A DNA stretch of 64,000 nt from Camelus dromedarius (Eukaryota), in contig NC_087437.1 of the NCBI RefSeq assembly GCF_036321535.1, forward strand, positions 76,448,001 through 76,512,000, written 5' to 3'. The notes below the pieces were generated by a model. It had not been told where the DNA came from. It saw nothing but the letters and a program-made list of their open reading frames with translations, and made no database searches. The translations under genes and the position numbers were made by a program. How positions within the stretch are numbered: position 1 is the stretch's first letter; every line of letters starts with the position of its first letter. Below are positions 49,786 through 64,000 of this stretch, in pieces.

Positions 49786-51462
49786 CAGATCACATTATTA
49801 TGAGCACCAACACTGATTTAATGCTCTTGGTGAGCAAAATACCCTTATCAGCCATTAAACTATCTGGAAGAATCAACCTATCTCTGGAATTTCATAACCT
49901 GAATTCAGAGACTTATGGACTCATTAAGAAAATGTGCCCTGACAACATTTTTTGGATTAGAACCGTGACCAATACTTGCATTCAGTGAATATGTCTTGTT
50001 TATTTATCCTTCAAAATGCTTCATGTCTCTGTTTTTCTACTTGTCACTGCTCCAAGGTATGTCCTCACTGCTATACAGCAGGAGTGCTGCAATCACATCG
50101 TAGCTGGTTTGTCTAACTTGTCTCTTCCTTTCCAGTTTTTTTCTTATAAAGCACTGCTTTGGTCATTTTACTTTACTTAACAAAAACTTTCAGTCCCCAA
50201 CATGTACAGGACAAAGCTCAAACTTGTTTGTCTGGTATTGAAGGACTTTTGTAATCTGGCCCCAGCTTACCTTTCAAGTCCTATTTCTCTCATTTCCTTA
50301 TACATACTCTGCTCCAAGTCAAATTGTCTCCTCATTACCCCTTGACAAATCATGATTATTTTGACTTTCCTTATTGCTGTTCATTCCACCATGTAGAACC
50401 TTTTTTGTGCTGCCTTCAAGTGTTATCTCAAACTTCAGTGTCTCTGCTAAATCTTTTAAAAATAACCACATTTGAAAATGAGTGCTTGCTCTTTTGAATA
50501 TTTGTACACTCATTATAAGATTAGTCATGTTAATGATGTTTTTGTAATAGCCAACATTTTCTGAGTTCTCAGGCTTGGCCTAAGTGCATTAGTTGCATTA
50601 TTTGACTTCATCTTTACAGCAACATGTGAAGTTTATACAGATGATAAACTTGAGACTTTGAGGCACTGACTTGTCCCAAATCATACAACTAGTAAGTGGC
50701 AGATCTAGGGCTTAATCACAAGTTTTCTGTTGCTGACGCATCATTTTAAATGTGTATTTATTATATTAATTAGATTTTAGGCCTGTGGGTGAACAGGGTA
50801 TTTCCTGCTAATGGTATCTTCCACAGGGACTGCCTGTGGGGGTCAAAGCCAGAAAAAAGACCGCCCATTGAATGGAAACTTTTTTAAAATTATCTCACTG
50901 TGGATGAGTTTAGCATGATTTTTCAACTGGTTATTTCATACTCTTTCTTCAAGACCAGAAAAGCTTCTTGACTGCACATATTGGATTAGATGCACTTCCA
51001 AAGTACTTCATTCTATCAGAGCAGCCACCACACTGTCTGTATTTATCTGTTACCTGTTTGTTTTCTCAACAATATCTTTGCTTGAATGATTAGTTCCTAG
51101 AGCAATATCCTGCACATATACGCAATAGATGTTCATTAAATGAATTCATTACATCTGTTGCCGTTATTGGTCCTAAGAGTTGGTTTCTAAATGTGTTGCT
51201 GTTATAGTCTTGAACTGGGTGTATCCTCAAGGAGGCATAATGGGACTATAAATGAAAACTGTAATTTATTTAATTGTACTGCAACTTATGTTATGTGGTG
51301 AAATGATATTTGTGGTCACTTTTAACAAAGGCTGTTTGATTGGACGGAGTTGACATCTATAGTCAAAGAAGAGAGATTCTCAGTTTTAGTGGTCTGTAGA
51401 TGAATTGGGGGCAGAAATTATTCAACATTTTGTACAATATTCTTTAAAGTTAACCAGTTCTA

Positions 51463-52258
51463 AGAGTGAGATATTACTTGACACCAGTCAAAATGGCCAT
51501 CATCAAAAAGCTTACAAATAATAAATGTGGAAAGGGTGTGGAGAAAAGGGAACCCTCCTGCACTGTTAGTGGGAATGTAAATTGATGTAGCCATTATGGA
51601 GAACAGTATGGAGGTTCCTTAAAAAACTAAAAATAGACTTACCATATGATCCAGCCAGTCCCACTCCTGGGCATATATCTGGAAAAGATGAAAACTCTAA
51701 TTCCAAAAGATACATGTATCCTAATGTTCATAGCAGCCAAAACATGAACACAATCTAAATGTCAACAGATGAATGGCTAAAGATGTGGTATGTATACAAT
51801 GAAATACTACTCAGCCATAGAAAAGAATGAAATAATGCCATTTGCAACAACATGGGTGGACCTAGAGATTATCATACTAAATGAAGTAAGCCAGAAAGAG
51901 AAAGACAAATTTCGTATGATACCACCTATATATGGAATCTAAAAAAATGATACGAATGAACTTTTTACAATACAGAAACAGATTCACAGACATAAGAGAC
52001 AAATTTATGGTTATCAAAAGAGAAAGGTGGGGGGAGGGATAAATTAGGAGTTTGGAATTAACAGATCCACACTTCTACATATGAAATAGATAAACAACAA
52101 GGACCTACTGTATAGCACAGGGTGCTATATTCAATATCTTGTAATAACCTATTAAAATAATCTGAAAAATAATGTATGAATATGTATATAACTGAATCAC
52201 CTTGCTGTACACCTGAAACTAACACAACATTGTAAATCAACTATACTTCATTAAAAAA
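51463..52258 (+). mobile_element. Younger L1 3' end (ORF2 C-terminus plus 3' UTR), artiodactyl type
   Basis: 'gaacagtatggaggttccttaaaaaactaaaaatag', 'gataaacaacaaggacctactgtatagcacagg', 'aacacaacattgtaaatcaactatacttca'. Possible decayed TSD (12/16). Confidence 0.92.
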
Positions 52259-55204
52259 TTAGCCGTTTCTGTTTTATTTCTGGATTTGTGCTGTACATAT
52301 AGCCTTCTGATTAATAATTGGGTTTCTCAAATACCTAGATACTCAAAAGCCAATGCCATAGAGAGTAGATATTATTTTAGTCACTGGGAAAAAGCATATT
52401 CTCTGCAAAAATTAGCAGGTGATTCTTTATATTTAACTATTTATGAATCTTCTAACTATGTCTTTAAAAATTGAAGCAGGAAAGCATAGGACCTGTCTTA
52501 GACAATGGTGATATTCCTGAAAAAATTTCCCCAGAGATCTTGCCTGAGAAGTTAACAGAACTCTTCATTTCTCTCTAAAGATAGATACAGCGGCATCTGG
52601 CACAATGCTCTGCACACAGTAGATGTGCAACGAGTACTTTTTAACTTTGTCAGTTCAGTAGACTGTGGTAGTCTAAAGCAACATCTGTCTGTCGTTTTCC
52701 CCTCATGACACACGTGATAGGTGTTGCTTCAACCTTCTGATGCATCTCTCATGTCTGCTCAAGGTCACTGCATGCATACCAACTGTAACTCTCTCCCATT
52801 CTGGAAGCATATGGAATGTGCATGAGAAAACATTACTGTAAAAGTAATAATGACAATAACAGTAATGATGACGACGACAATGACAGTGATACAACTAGAG
52901 TATTTCAGCGTCAGTCCGATCACTGTTTCGTTTATAACCTTGCAACTGCTTCTCATTGCTGTTAGTGTCAGTCCCGAAACTTCTGTTTGGGACACAGGGC
53001 TCAGCATGGTGGTCGTGTCAGTGGCAGCTGGATGCAGGATGCAGATTCACTTTGATAAAGGCCTCCAGGCCCCACCACATTCCATTCCACAGAACTATCT
53101 GAAAAATCCTGCAGAGAAGCAGGAGTAACAACTTGGTATTCAGTGTGAGCTCTGCTTGTTTCCCAGTCAGACAGCAGGTGTATATATAGATTCCTGGGTG
53201 CTAAGGGATTGTGAACTTCTCAAGGGAAATCTCAAAGGGGCAGTTTGATATGAAACAGCTTCCACCTTGGGACCTTCCTGAGGGTTTGTTAAAAATAGGA
53301 CGACAGGAATACTGTGGCCTGCTGTAGGGCTAGAGGGACCTCACAACAATGCAGAGTTTCTTGACTTTGATGGTTTTATTTTTGAGTACCACACTGGCAC
53401 CTCCTAGTTCTTTAGCAATTTAATTCTGAGAAAAAGTTAGCTTTTCTACATAACAGAATTTTAAGTTCCACTAGATTTGAGACATTTTAAAACTTTTTAT
53501 TTGTCCCTCAAAAACTTGTTTATAGTACTTTTGAAGGATTCTGAAGCCAATTTGGAGCAATTGAGTCAGTGACAGACTATCGTTTAATATCCTAAGGCTA
53601 AAGTAGTTAATAATTAATTGATTTTTTTATAGTCACATTATGGTATAATGGAAAGGAAGACTAGTTTCAAATCCTGGTTCTAGAATTTACATGCTGTAGG
53701 ACATTAGGCAATGCAGTTCATTTGTTTATTTATGTATTCTGCAGATTATGGAGTTCTTACTTTGTGCCAGGCATACTATTAAAGCTCTGAGGAGAGAAGT
53801 CAGATAGGAATGATCTCTGTGTTTTCAGCGATTTTAGTCTACTAGGGGAGACTGGCAAATTAACCAGTGATTGCTGTAGTGTACCTTGGAACTATGTGGA
53901 ATGGTAGTGCCTGTAGAACTAAAACCAAGGCAGGTGTGAATTGGAAATGGGGGAGGGTGTTAGGGAAGGCTTCTCAGGGAAAGTCATACTTAAGCTGAGT
54001 CTTAAAGCCAAGTACAATGTAGTTGAATTTAGATGTAGAAAGAACATTCCAGCAGCCTAAGGAAATCTAACAGGGATACATGAAATAATATGATATATTT
54101 ACAGATCACAATTTACTTTTCAATATTACTGATACGAAAGTTTCATCTTAAGGAGACAGAGGAGATAAATCTGGACAGATATTTCCATTTCTTTTTCTCT
54201 AAAATGAAAATAATTATATCTACCTTGTGGATTTGTTGTAAGCACTCAGTAAAACAACATATGTAGAGTACCTAGCATGTAGGTGCTCAAAAGTCTTAAC
54301 TCCTTTTCCCTGCTACCATTTACCCTCATATGCCTTTCTCACTTCTGATTTTCCCAAGTAGGAAAAAAAAAAACCTTAATGGTGGAAATTATGGCTGTGT
54401 TTAGGAAAGTGGAGGGAGAGTCAAGAGGTTTAGACGCCTGTTCTTTTTCTGACCTGGATTACAGCATGTTGAATTGAATGAGGGCGGTCCTTGGCAGCAA
54501 CAGTACTTTATTCTGACACTGCATAGTTTCCTGTGTCATCACAATTGGTATGCGAGGAGGGCACTGGTTCCCACAGGGCACTGTATTCTTGGTCTGTCTG
54601 TTTGATTTGCTGAGTTCAGCGCCGAGCACGGGTCATGTGCACTGGAGTGCCTGGAAAAAACCTGGGAATGATGCTGTTGTGTACGTGTGATGCTCTTTTG
54701 AAGTTTCTGAATTTGGATGTGCTCTAAGGAGCTTAGTTTTTAAGTACGTATTTTTTTTTCTGGGTAGTGCATCCATAATTTCTGTGATCCAGTAAATACT
54801 AAGGACCACTACTTAGGGGGATTTTTTGGTCTGCATTTTGATATTTCTCAAGGAGCTTTGGCTTAACTACTGGATTGGATTTTAAGAGTTACCTGATCTG
54901 GAGAGATTTTCTTCTTCTACTGTTTATTGTTAATCAGAAAATTGATGTTTATACTCAAGTGTAGTTTTCCCAAATGTTTATCATTTGCAGATATATTTCA
55001 TGATTTTTGTCATACTCAGGTATCTTCTGTTGCATTATCTACTTAATATTTTCTTTAAATTTCTAATCTTTTAAAAACTTGCATATATTTAGTCTTATCC
55101 TAAGCAATAACACTTACGAATTCATAGACTTGGTGTGCTAGTCGTATTTTTCTAATACTTATTCAGGCAAGTGTTAAAAAAAATGATCCAATCTACCGTC
55201 TAAT

Positions 55205-55363
55205 ACAGGGATCAGCAAACACAATCAAGTCTATTCATCAATGAATTGTCTGTGGTTGCTTGTGACCTACAACAGCAGAGTAGTTGAGACAGAGACAGAA
55301 TGGCCCACAAAGACTAGCATATTTATTATTTGGCTCTTTAAGAAAAAATTTTGCCGACCTCTG
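55205..55363 (+). mobile_element. MER58A-like MITE
   Basis: TIRs 'cagggatcagcaaac' ... 'ttttgccgacctctg'. Confidence 0.8.
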
Positions 55364-55934
55364 ACCTAAAGTTATCTATATACCATTAATAGAAGACATT
55401 GCACACTCTGTAAAACATAACTATAGTGCAGTTTTACAAAGAGAGTATGCATTAACTCTTTAATCACATGTTTCCAGAACCAGCAGATACTTTATCTTTT
55501 TATTTTTGAATTGAAATATTTAATTACAAATAATTTGTTTTCTAAGAACCTTGGTGACATGTCTGTTTGAGGACCAAAGAAAAGCACAGATATTAAGGAT
55601 AACTTGTATATCTTTAAATAAAGAAAATATTTGCTTATAAAAATATCTAATAGTATAAAAATATGTAAATTAAGAAGTGAAAATTTCCGTGTAAGGAAAC
55701 TCTAATTTCACCCGAAACAGCATTCCTTGTATTTCCTTCTAGTCATTTGTTGTGCATATTCAAGATTAAATGCTTTTTTCATTCTTTAGAATATACCTTC
55801 TTTTTTAAATGAAAAAGATAGGATATCAATATTGCTACCTACTTTTTATAGCAGATATATTTCTGTTGTTTAGAAATCTATGTAATATGGCTAAAATTGT
55901 AAATTGTTTAGTATTACTTGAAAGTGTTTCCTAA

Positions 55935-56230
55935 GAGATTTATTGACATAATTTACATATTGTGAAATTCACTCATTTAAAGTACACTGTTCAATGATTT
56001 TTAGTAAATTTGCAGAGTTGTGTAGGCATCAACATAGTCCAATTTTAGAACATTTCCTTCATCCTCAAAAGATTCCTCATGACCGTTTGCAGTCAATCTG
56101 TTCCTACCCCTGCCCCAGGCAACCACTAATCTACTTTCTGTTTGTATGGACATGTCTTTTCTGGACATTTCACATAAATGGAATCGTATATTATATGATC
56201 TTTTGTGTCTAGCTTCTTTCACTTAGCATT
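55935..56230 (-). mobile_element. L1MB-like 3' UTR fragment
   Basis: 'ccccaggcaaccactaatctactttctg...ctggacatttcacataaatggaatc'. Confidence 0.88.
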
Positions 56231-59200
56231 TCAAAGTGGTTTTAAGGTAAAAGATGAAGAAAGGATTCCAATAGCCCCAAGTATCTTTATTCTTTTGCAT
56301 AGGATGCTGTAGTTATAGTCAATGTTTTGTTTTCTTTTCTTTGGAAATTAGTCTTTGAGACATGCAGTGACACAAATACCTGGTAACATTTGTAGTTCCT
56401 GAAATTTACAACTTCCCAAACCTCTAGGCACACATGGAGCTGTGGGTATTTGTGCAGCACTCTGGAGTGAACAGAAGAGGCTGCTCACTGCTGGAGGCCG
56501 CAGATCAGGGAGTCTGTGTGCTGTGCTTGACCATTTTAAGGGGAAACAAGGTCTGGCCACAGCTGTAGCAAATGTACATCATCCCAGTGTGCTACACCAG
56601 GTGGGCCAGGAAATTCTCCTGCAAGTCTTGTGGCTTTAATGTAACAAAAACTTCTTATGAATGAGCTACATGTGTCCAGCCCCAAGATCCCTTTTCTCAG
56701 CCCTGTTCCTATATAATAATGATGGCTTAAAGCTAGTTAATAGGTGGTCAAAACAGTGAGGGACTGAGTTATGGTATCAAGGGTGGGCGGTAACTATGAG
56801 AGCAATGGTTCTTAATGGGGGTGCAGGTGGGCGAAGATGAGTGCATTTCAGAGTGTCCTGGGGGTGGGTGTGAGCTTGAGGAATTGCACCAAACTCTCCA
56901 CATGATTCTGATACAGGCACTACAAGTTTGTTTCTGTGTTTTCTACTCAAAAGTTTGAATGCTGCTGTAAGAGTTGTATTCGTTACTAAGCTTATCAGGG
57001 TTGTCCTATTGAGCACCATAATTTTGGGGTTTGTTCTGCTCAGGAACTCTAGGGAAAGTAGCCAGTAAAATAGAAGAAAGTTATCATACAAATTGACACT
57101 AAAAATATCTCTGTTCTCTAAAGAAAACACAAATAAACTCCTCATAGCCTCTCTTAACAAAAGCTACCCTTGCTCCCTATCAAATGTTCTGTCCAGATTG
57201 TCCTTTGCTGATGGACATTTTTCTCTTCTTATCTATACTCACTGCTTATTTTAACCTGTGGAAATGAGGGTGGGATTGGGGTGGGGAGGTTGCACACACA
57301 GCACCATTTGTGTGCTGTGTACCATTAAATAACAAGTGGCAGGCTACTGATCCCTGGAAATCTACTTTCGAACTATAATAAAATAATCCCAAGGTATAGT
57401 TTCAAGTTATAGAACAGTGATACTCTGTGAGGTTCAAGGAGAGAAAAATGAAAGAGGATATTTTTAACTGGGTGTAGAAACATTTTCAAAATTAAATAGT
57501 AATGAATTAAGCTCTTTGAATCACAGTGTACTGTGGGATCAAGAAGCAATTGTGGGTCAACTTGGAAATTCTGGTCTTTTCATCTGTTGGAATTTCTTGT
57601 CAGTGGCTCCTACTTAAAGGTTTATACTGAATGTAATACACTATTTCTACTGATCAAAGAAAGTTACTTGGTGTCAGAAAATAACTTGGGAGCCAGGGTG
57701 TTTACTGGGTAATTTCTTAATGAGTTCTGGCACATGGTTCTCATAGTTTTAAGAGGGAGGAATGTAACTCGTAATGCACAGAGTCAAACCATGAGCATTT
57801 TGGCAGATGTGGAGATGCAGCACAGCTGGAGAAAAACTCCCTTCTTTGAAATCTCATATCTCAAGTGTTACATCAGGTTTTAAGCCTATTCCACTGCCAG
57901 TTCAGAATTTAGTATGAACAGGATTTGGGGGATGCTTGTTGCTAGTCATGGAAAGAGATCAGAAGCTATTCCCTGGTTGCCATTGTTCATTTCCACAAAT
58001 AATTTGTGAGGATGACAGGTGAGGGGCAATGAGGGAGGAGAATAAAGTACTCTGTCGTTGCTCTGTTAGCAGGAAGCCTGGCAAAGAAAGTTCTGTCTCA
58101 GTGCAGTGGAGATGGTACTTTCTCCTATGCCATGATCTTCACCTCTTGAATCATCAGCCCTCTGGTTCATCAGGGGAGCACAAGGCACTGATAATTATTC
58201 TTTTATAAGTGCTTTTTATTTTCCATTATGAAGTTATACATGTCCAGTACATAAAATAAAAAAATGATGCTGTTTTGTTCAGCTCCCAGCTTTCTATCTT
58301 TCATATATCATTGTTCTTCTGGTCCAATACGGCTTTACTGAAGACCGCAATTCCCCCAAGCAACGCAATCTAGTTCTTCAATAGCAGTGAACAAATGTAT
58401 CAAATTGCATATCCTAAGTCAGGAGCTGGACTAGTGCTGAAAATAGAAAGGGAACAGAGATTTGGTTCCTGAAACACAGATCCTAGTGGGTAGTGTAAAT
58501 GATGAATGATTAAACTAGTGATTTAAACACTTTCCAAATGTTTGTTGTATGTGTTCACTGGTGATTTTAAGCACAAGGGGCCCAGCTCCTCAGATGCATA
58601 ACTATTCAGTAACCAGTCAGAGTATAATTAGTCTGTGTCTACACAGTGAATAATGTAATTCCTCCCCTCATCTCTACATTTACACATTTCATAGCTAAGA
58701 GACAAAGTGACAGCTTGTATTTCATAGCCCTGTCTGTTTTAACCATCTCCATTTTCATTTGTCTGTATATACAAAAATGTTGGTCATTGCAAACACAGCC
58801 TTAAATATTGAGCTACCTAGTTCAAGGTCAGTTATCAAAATGCTGTTGTGTTCCCACTGTGTGCCTGGGAGCTGTGCTAGGCACTGGAAGGAGTGATGAT
58901 TATATAAGCTAACTCACTAACGAATGGTAGGCATATTTCTTGTCTTCTAAGAGTTGACAGTTTTGCTGGGGAGGCACACTTTCACAAAATAAAATAAGCA
59001 ATTTAGTTAGGATAATTTAAATGTGAGTTTTTGAAACGTTTCCCCTCAAAAAAAAAAAAAAAAAAAAAAAAGGATCACTGCCGAAGTGGCCAGTTCCAAA
59101 CTGATGTTCTAAAACTTTAGAAGTTTCCTTGGAATAGCAAAAACTTTCCAGGAAGTGAAGCTGGTTATAAATAGTTTCAGATCTTTGTGGAAATATACTG

Positions 59201-60102
59201 AGAAACTGACAGAAAATGAATCCATGGAGATGTGACACCTAAGCAAGACCCACCTAAGTAAGATCTAAAAATAAAATCAAATGGAGTTGTCCATGGATGT
59301 ACCTATTACCAGAGACTTTCATACAAAACTGTAGGTGGTGGCAGGGTTCCAACCACAACAAGAAAATGAGATACAGTGGAATTCTAAAGTGCTGTCTTAG
59401 GCTGAATCAGTCTTAAGAAAGAACCACCCCTGTTTTTGATAACAGATGAAGAAAGGCTTTGGAGGAGACAGCTTCTGGTAAGGCAGAGGTTTCTCTAACA
59501 AACCCTATAAAGATGACATCTCTAATCTGTGGGCATGGACTTTATTTTGCAGTGTTAAAACTGTTTTTGGATCAAATGGGTTATGCAGGATTTGTGACAT
59601 AATAGGCATCAGTGGAAAAGATTTGGGGAATTTTTTTAGAGAACTGTACCTTCAGTATGTCTCAGCAGTGTGATTTGAGGGGTTTCAGGGAAGGTTTCCC
59701 ATCTCCAGTTAACTCTCACACTTAGTAATAAAAGTCCCATTCTTAGCAATTTCCTTTTGTCTCTTTTTGAAGGTGGAGGAATTGCCGAGAATGGCAGCAC
59801 TTTCTCTCTTTCACACATTACATCAGTGCTTATTAGATCACTTTCCTGTTTGATGAAAAATATGGGAAAACTTGAGAACTCAAGGGCGAGAGTGTGGAAG
59901 GGAGCAGGGAGAGTAGAGCTGCAGAAATGGAGTCAGAGTCCTGCAAAGTGTTGGTGCTGACTTGACAGTTTTTTCTGGGCTCTTCTGAATGAAACATGGA
60001 TTTGTGTACAGTGATTTGAGAGCTAAGGAATCTTTACTTTATGTAGGAAAAACCTTCTGTCCTATCTCATTGGAATATTGTTAGGCCAGAAGTAACAATG
60101 AA

Positions 60103-60117
60103 ATAATAATAATAATA

Positions 60118-60186
<69 letters not shown>
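60103..60186. repeat. (AAT)n microsatellite
   Basis: About 28 units with one interruption. Confidence 0.98.
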
Positions 60187-60187
<1 letters not shown>

Positions 60188-62389
60188 AACTAATAAATTT
60201 TAAAAAGTTCTCTGAGCATTGCTGGAGAATATGATTATAACACTGTGATAGTGGACAAGTTATCCATGTAAATCTGGGTCAAAGAAAATTTATTCACAGA
60301 CAGAAGAAAGTACATCCATGAGACTGCCATTAGCAAGGTCACAGAGCAAAATACTTTCCAGCCCTGAGAACCAGTGATTTCCTTCCTGTTCCTTTTCATC
60401 TTTATCCCTTCTGTATTTCACTGTTTCCTTGCTAACGTCCCTTCCCCGACACTTTGCCTTTCTCAGTAAGGATATTTTCTGTTTGAGACCTGAGGATATT
60501 GCCACTGTTTTGGTTATTGCTTTTGCACTTGTGTAGCAGCTTTTAAATTCCCATCTTTTTTAGCAGCTGTAGCCAGACAAACATATGAGTCAGTGGGAGG
60601 GGTTTAGAGGAACTGGCTCAGTTCTCCAGGGAGCAGTAACCTTTTGGCAGTCCAACAAACAGACATTTAAAGCCCAAAGACTGCAAAAGCTGTCTCTGTA
60701 CATGTGATAGCAACTGCAGTTTTCCCAAGGTCTACCAAGAGTTTTTTGAGAGGGAATCAAGTTTCTGCCTATAGAGAGACACATTCCTGAGGGTTTAACT
60801 CTGACGTCCTAGCTAAAATCTGGAGACAGCTGAGAAGTGATAAAGAGGGAGAGGAAGAAATTTGGGGATATGAAAGTGAAAAGGTCTTCTTAAATGTTCT
60901 CAATTAAGTTTTGTTGCCTGTATACCCTACAGTTCAAATAGCAAAGCAAAGCTAATCTTTCTTTTTTCAGTAGTTCAGGGTACCAGGATATTTCTCTTTA
61001 CAGTGTTCACATAAGTGACTCTCAAAGTGTGGCTTCCCATCTGGGTATCCTTGAAGCTGCCTGAAGGGGTGGGCATGTTCAACTCAATGTTTTTCATCTG
61101 TTTATCCTCCAGCAATGACAGTGGTCCACAGGCTAAGAGATGTTCCTATAATTTAAGCTTCTGCTTCAAGTGTCTAATTACTGATAATTTGATTTTTTTT
61201 TTAAATGCCAACTTGATCAACCTAATTTTAAGAAAGCAAAGATTGGAGTGGGTTGTTGGCTTTTAAGAAACCAATAAATGATTTATTTCTCTATTACCTT
61301 AGATTATTCTTCCCAGTATCTTTTGCTTTCTTCATTGTTTATCATAAAATTAAAAGAACAAGAGAATCTTATGTGGAAGGGATGAATCATGGAAGATTTT
61401 TTGTGTGCATGGCAAGTAGGAACAATTGGTTCTTTTGCGAAGTGAAAATTTAGACAATACTTTCCTTGATATGCATTTTGCTAAGATAACGTTTCACAAT
61501 AAAGTCTGTTTATACTGAAAAAGGCAGCAAAATAGTATCTTAGTTAACATAGAAGAAAATGGTGATTAGGGGCCAGTTGGAAAGCCAGAGCCACAGTCCC
61601 AGTGAAGCTGGAAAGTTTTACTTGATGATTCAAGGTACCAATTGGGTTTCTTGGTTTCAAATAACAGATAACCTTTGTCCAACTTAGGCAGAGAAATAAT
61701 TTGTTGGAAGGATATTGGATTTCTCACAAATTGGCTAGAGGGCTAGAGATCTGATTCAGAAAGAGAGTGGGAACCAAAAGAGGAGCAGCTGGGGACATAG
61801 CTGAGTTCCCTCCACTACTTAGAACTGGTCACTGTTCCTGCTACCATTGACATCAATGCCCCTGGGCACTTACCACCACACAGCTAGACCCTGCCCTTTT
61901 CTATGTGGGCCAGGAATATTCTCTGGCTATTTGAGCAACTTGACATCTCTCTCTCTTTCTCAGCAATCAAAGGACTGGTTAAGAGCACCTAATTGGCTGA
62001 GTCTAGGTCATGTGTGATTGTCCAAACATCTAGGGATGGTGCCTGACTAGGGGAGGGGAAAGCAGGAGATTAGTGGATGGGCCTTTTCATTTTCAACTCA
62101 GTTTTATCTATCTATTCTTCTATCAGCGATGACCAGAAGCCCCTCCACCCCTTACTTATACTGTTGAGGGTAAAGACACTTGAAGTACTTTGGTCTTACT
62201 GCATTGTTCCGTTTATAATTTACATTTCTGTTTTCCCTTGCTAGACTGATTTTATGGAGAAGATAGGTTGGGTTATGTTTTTAGCGTTATTACCTACATT
62301 GCCTAATAAATATTATGTGCTTAAAATATATTAGTTGAATAAGTTATGTATAGTGATGATATCACAGGAAAGGCTAATATAATGATAAC

Positions 62390-62602
62390 ATAAAATAATA
62401 GCTAACAAGTATTGATGGAGAACTTATATACTGGCCATTTCTCATTTCATTCTTATAAACTATCCTATGAAATAGGTTCTATTTTTCTCTTCATTTTATG
62501 TATGAGAGACTAAGGCTTATGTTAACTAACTTGTCCTAATTTATATAACTGAAACTGACAGAGCAGGGATTTCAGCTGGGGCAGTCTGACTCCAGAGCTC
62601 TT
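62390..62602 (-). mobile_element. MIR SINE
   Basis: 'tctcatttcattcttataaactatcctatgaaataggt...gcagtctgactccagagc'. Confidence 0.8.
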
Positions 62603-62612
62603 CATCAGAATT

Positions 62613-62632
62613 GTACTGCCCCCTGGAGGTAG
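62613..62632 (-). promoter_or_regulatory. Candidate CTCF site
   Basis: Minus strand ctaCCTCCAGGGGGCAGtac, close to the CCACCAGGGGGC core. Confidence 0.5.
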
Positions 62633-63870
62633 ATCAGAGAGAAGAGGAAAATGGATCCAATCTCAGAGAAGAGAGGTCGCTAGTTTTGCTATTCTCTATT
62701 CTTAGATGTTCACCTAGGATGGATGGTATTTATTTGATGGCAGACAAGCCAGGCAAGAGAGTTTTATGTTTACGGATATAAATGAGCTCCTTTTTTGAAT
62801 TTGATATTATCCTAAAGGAACTGGTGTTTTATAGTAACTTGACTAATAAAGCTTCCTTATTCATAGCACTCTTAGCTCTGTGTTTACCTCATAATATAAG
62901 CAAATAAAATAAATATAAATAAATCTACATAAGTGTAGAATATTCAAATCAGAATTTAAAATTTTTGTATCTCAAATTAAAAGCTTCACCTTATTTAGTT
63001 AACAGAAACCATATTTTACCCTAAACCTTAAGAATTTTGAATACTTTGCTCCTCATCTTTAGAAGTACATCTTTACAGAATGTACTAAAATCACAACTGC
63101 CTGCTTTTGAAAAGAATTCTTGCCTAAATATGAGTAAGAAAATAGCAGTAAACCAGATATTTTTATTGGCATAAATTTATATATTTTTTACTTTTATGGT
63201 AAGCTATATTTGAGAGAGAGCATATACCTTCTTTGATCAGAAATTTTGAAAATATGATATTGGTCCTTGGGAAACATCAAAAGCAGGTTTTCTTCATGAC
63301 AGTTAAGAAAACAGAATAGAGTGTATTTAATGGTGATTGCTTTGTATTTGGATAACCAATTGCTAAAGCAAAGATATATTGTTATATTATTGCTTTATTC
63401 CTGGTACCTGAAGCATTATTACAGAAGCATGCAGAACTCGTAATTGCATTCTTATACACGAGTCTTTGTGTATAGCTCTGTTACTGCTGAGGCTAATTAC
63501 TAGTTGTGGATTTATCCAGCTGGTAAGTTCCAAGTAAATGGACAAGTAGTAAATGCAGACATAGAGGAATAATTTGAATTTAAGTCTGCTTGTGGGAAAG
63601 ACTTTGTAGGTTATGGAAGAGTAATTATATTTGTTATAGAGGGAAGAGACAGGAGGGAGAAGAAAAGAGTAGTGGTATGAGAGAGGCAGGAGATTGTGAG
63701 GGTTATTGACAAAAGAGTGGAGGGAAAAAAGGGTTCAATCACAGAGAGATTGGTGGTGGAAGTAAGGGTAATTATAGCCAGAGAAAGGAAATGCAAAGAT
63801 CATAACCTTGAAGGCGGGGGGTGGGGTAGGGGGAGCAGTTCTAAGAAATGATAAGATGCAGAGTGGCTAC

Positions 63871-63998
63871 AGTGGATCACAGTTGTAGTTGTTTGACGTT
63901 GAGAAGGTCATGAATGATGAGATGGCAGATGTTGAGTGGATCACAGTTGTAGTTGTTTGACATTGAGAAGGTTATGAAAGATGAGATAGCAGATGTTG
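63871..63998. repeat. 64-bp tandem duplication (2 copies, 4 mismatches)
   Basis: agtggatcacagttgtagttgtttgac...gcagatgttg at 63871-63934 and 63935-63998. Confidence 0.95.
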
Positions 63999-64000
63999 GG

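Noticed and set aside
52703..53128. Thr/Val-rich and His/Cys-rich ORFs
   Set aside because: Derived from a degenerate (ATG/ACG/ATA)-type trinucleotide tract; no convincing splice sites or homology.
56351..56640. Possible first coding exon (MELWVFVQH...)
   Set aside because: Closes after 44 codons, has weak splice signals and no recognisable homology.
63871..63998. CRISPR-like array
   Set aside because: Two adjacent units without spacers, in mammalian DNA.

Overview
Mammalian, repeat-dense and apparently non-coding 64-kb window. Three tRNA-derived SINEs resemble the camelid Vic-1 type, so the host is probably a camelid (inference from recall). I found no credible intact protein-coding exon. 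The supplied ORFs are chance ORFs, microsatellite translations or decayed transposon remnants. Two CpG-island promoter candidates about 7.5 kb apart (~34.3-34.8 kb and ~41.8-42.2 kb) each carry NRF1/ETS-type motifs and a strong + strand splice donor, consistent with alternative first exons of a gene I cannot identify, with the remainder of the window intronic. The most notable item is a heavily decayed, minus-strand Ty3/Gypsy LTR-retrotransposon fossil (~23.6-30.5 kb) that the ORF track misses. By hand I can read, in the correct order, RT-thumb (KFIPN), RNase H (TYLPGK, restored after excising an LTR with its TSD), integrase zinc-binding, core and GPY/F motifs, a polypurine tract and a TG-starting 3' LTR. 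It is split by nested ERVL, L1 and LTR insertions. Repeat family names come from memory of consensus sequences, not from searches, and most boundaries are approximate. I see no evidence for a new functional biological system; the Gypsy fossil may match known MamGyp-type families.
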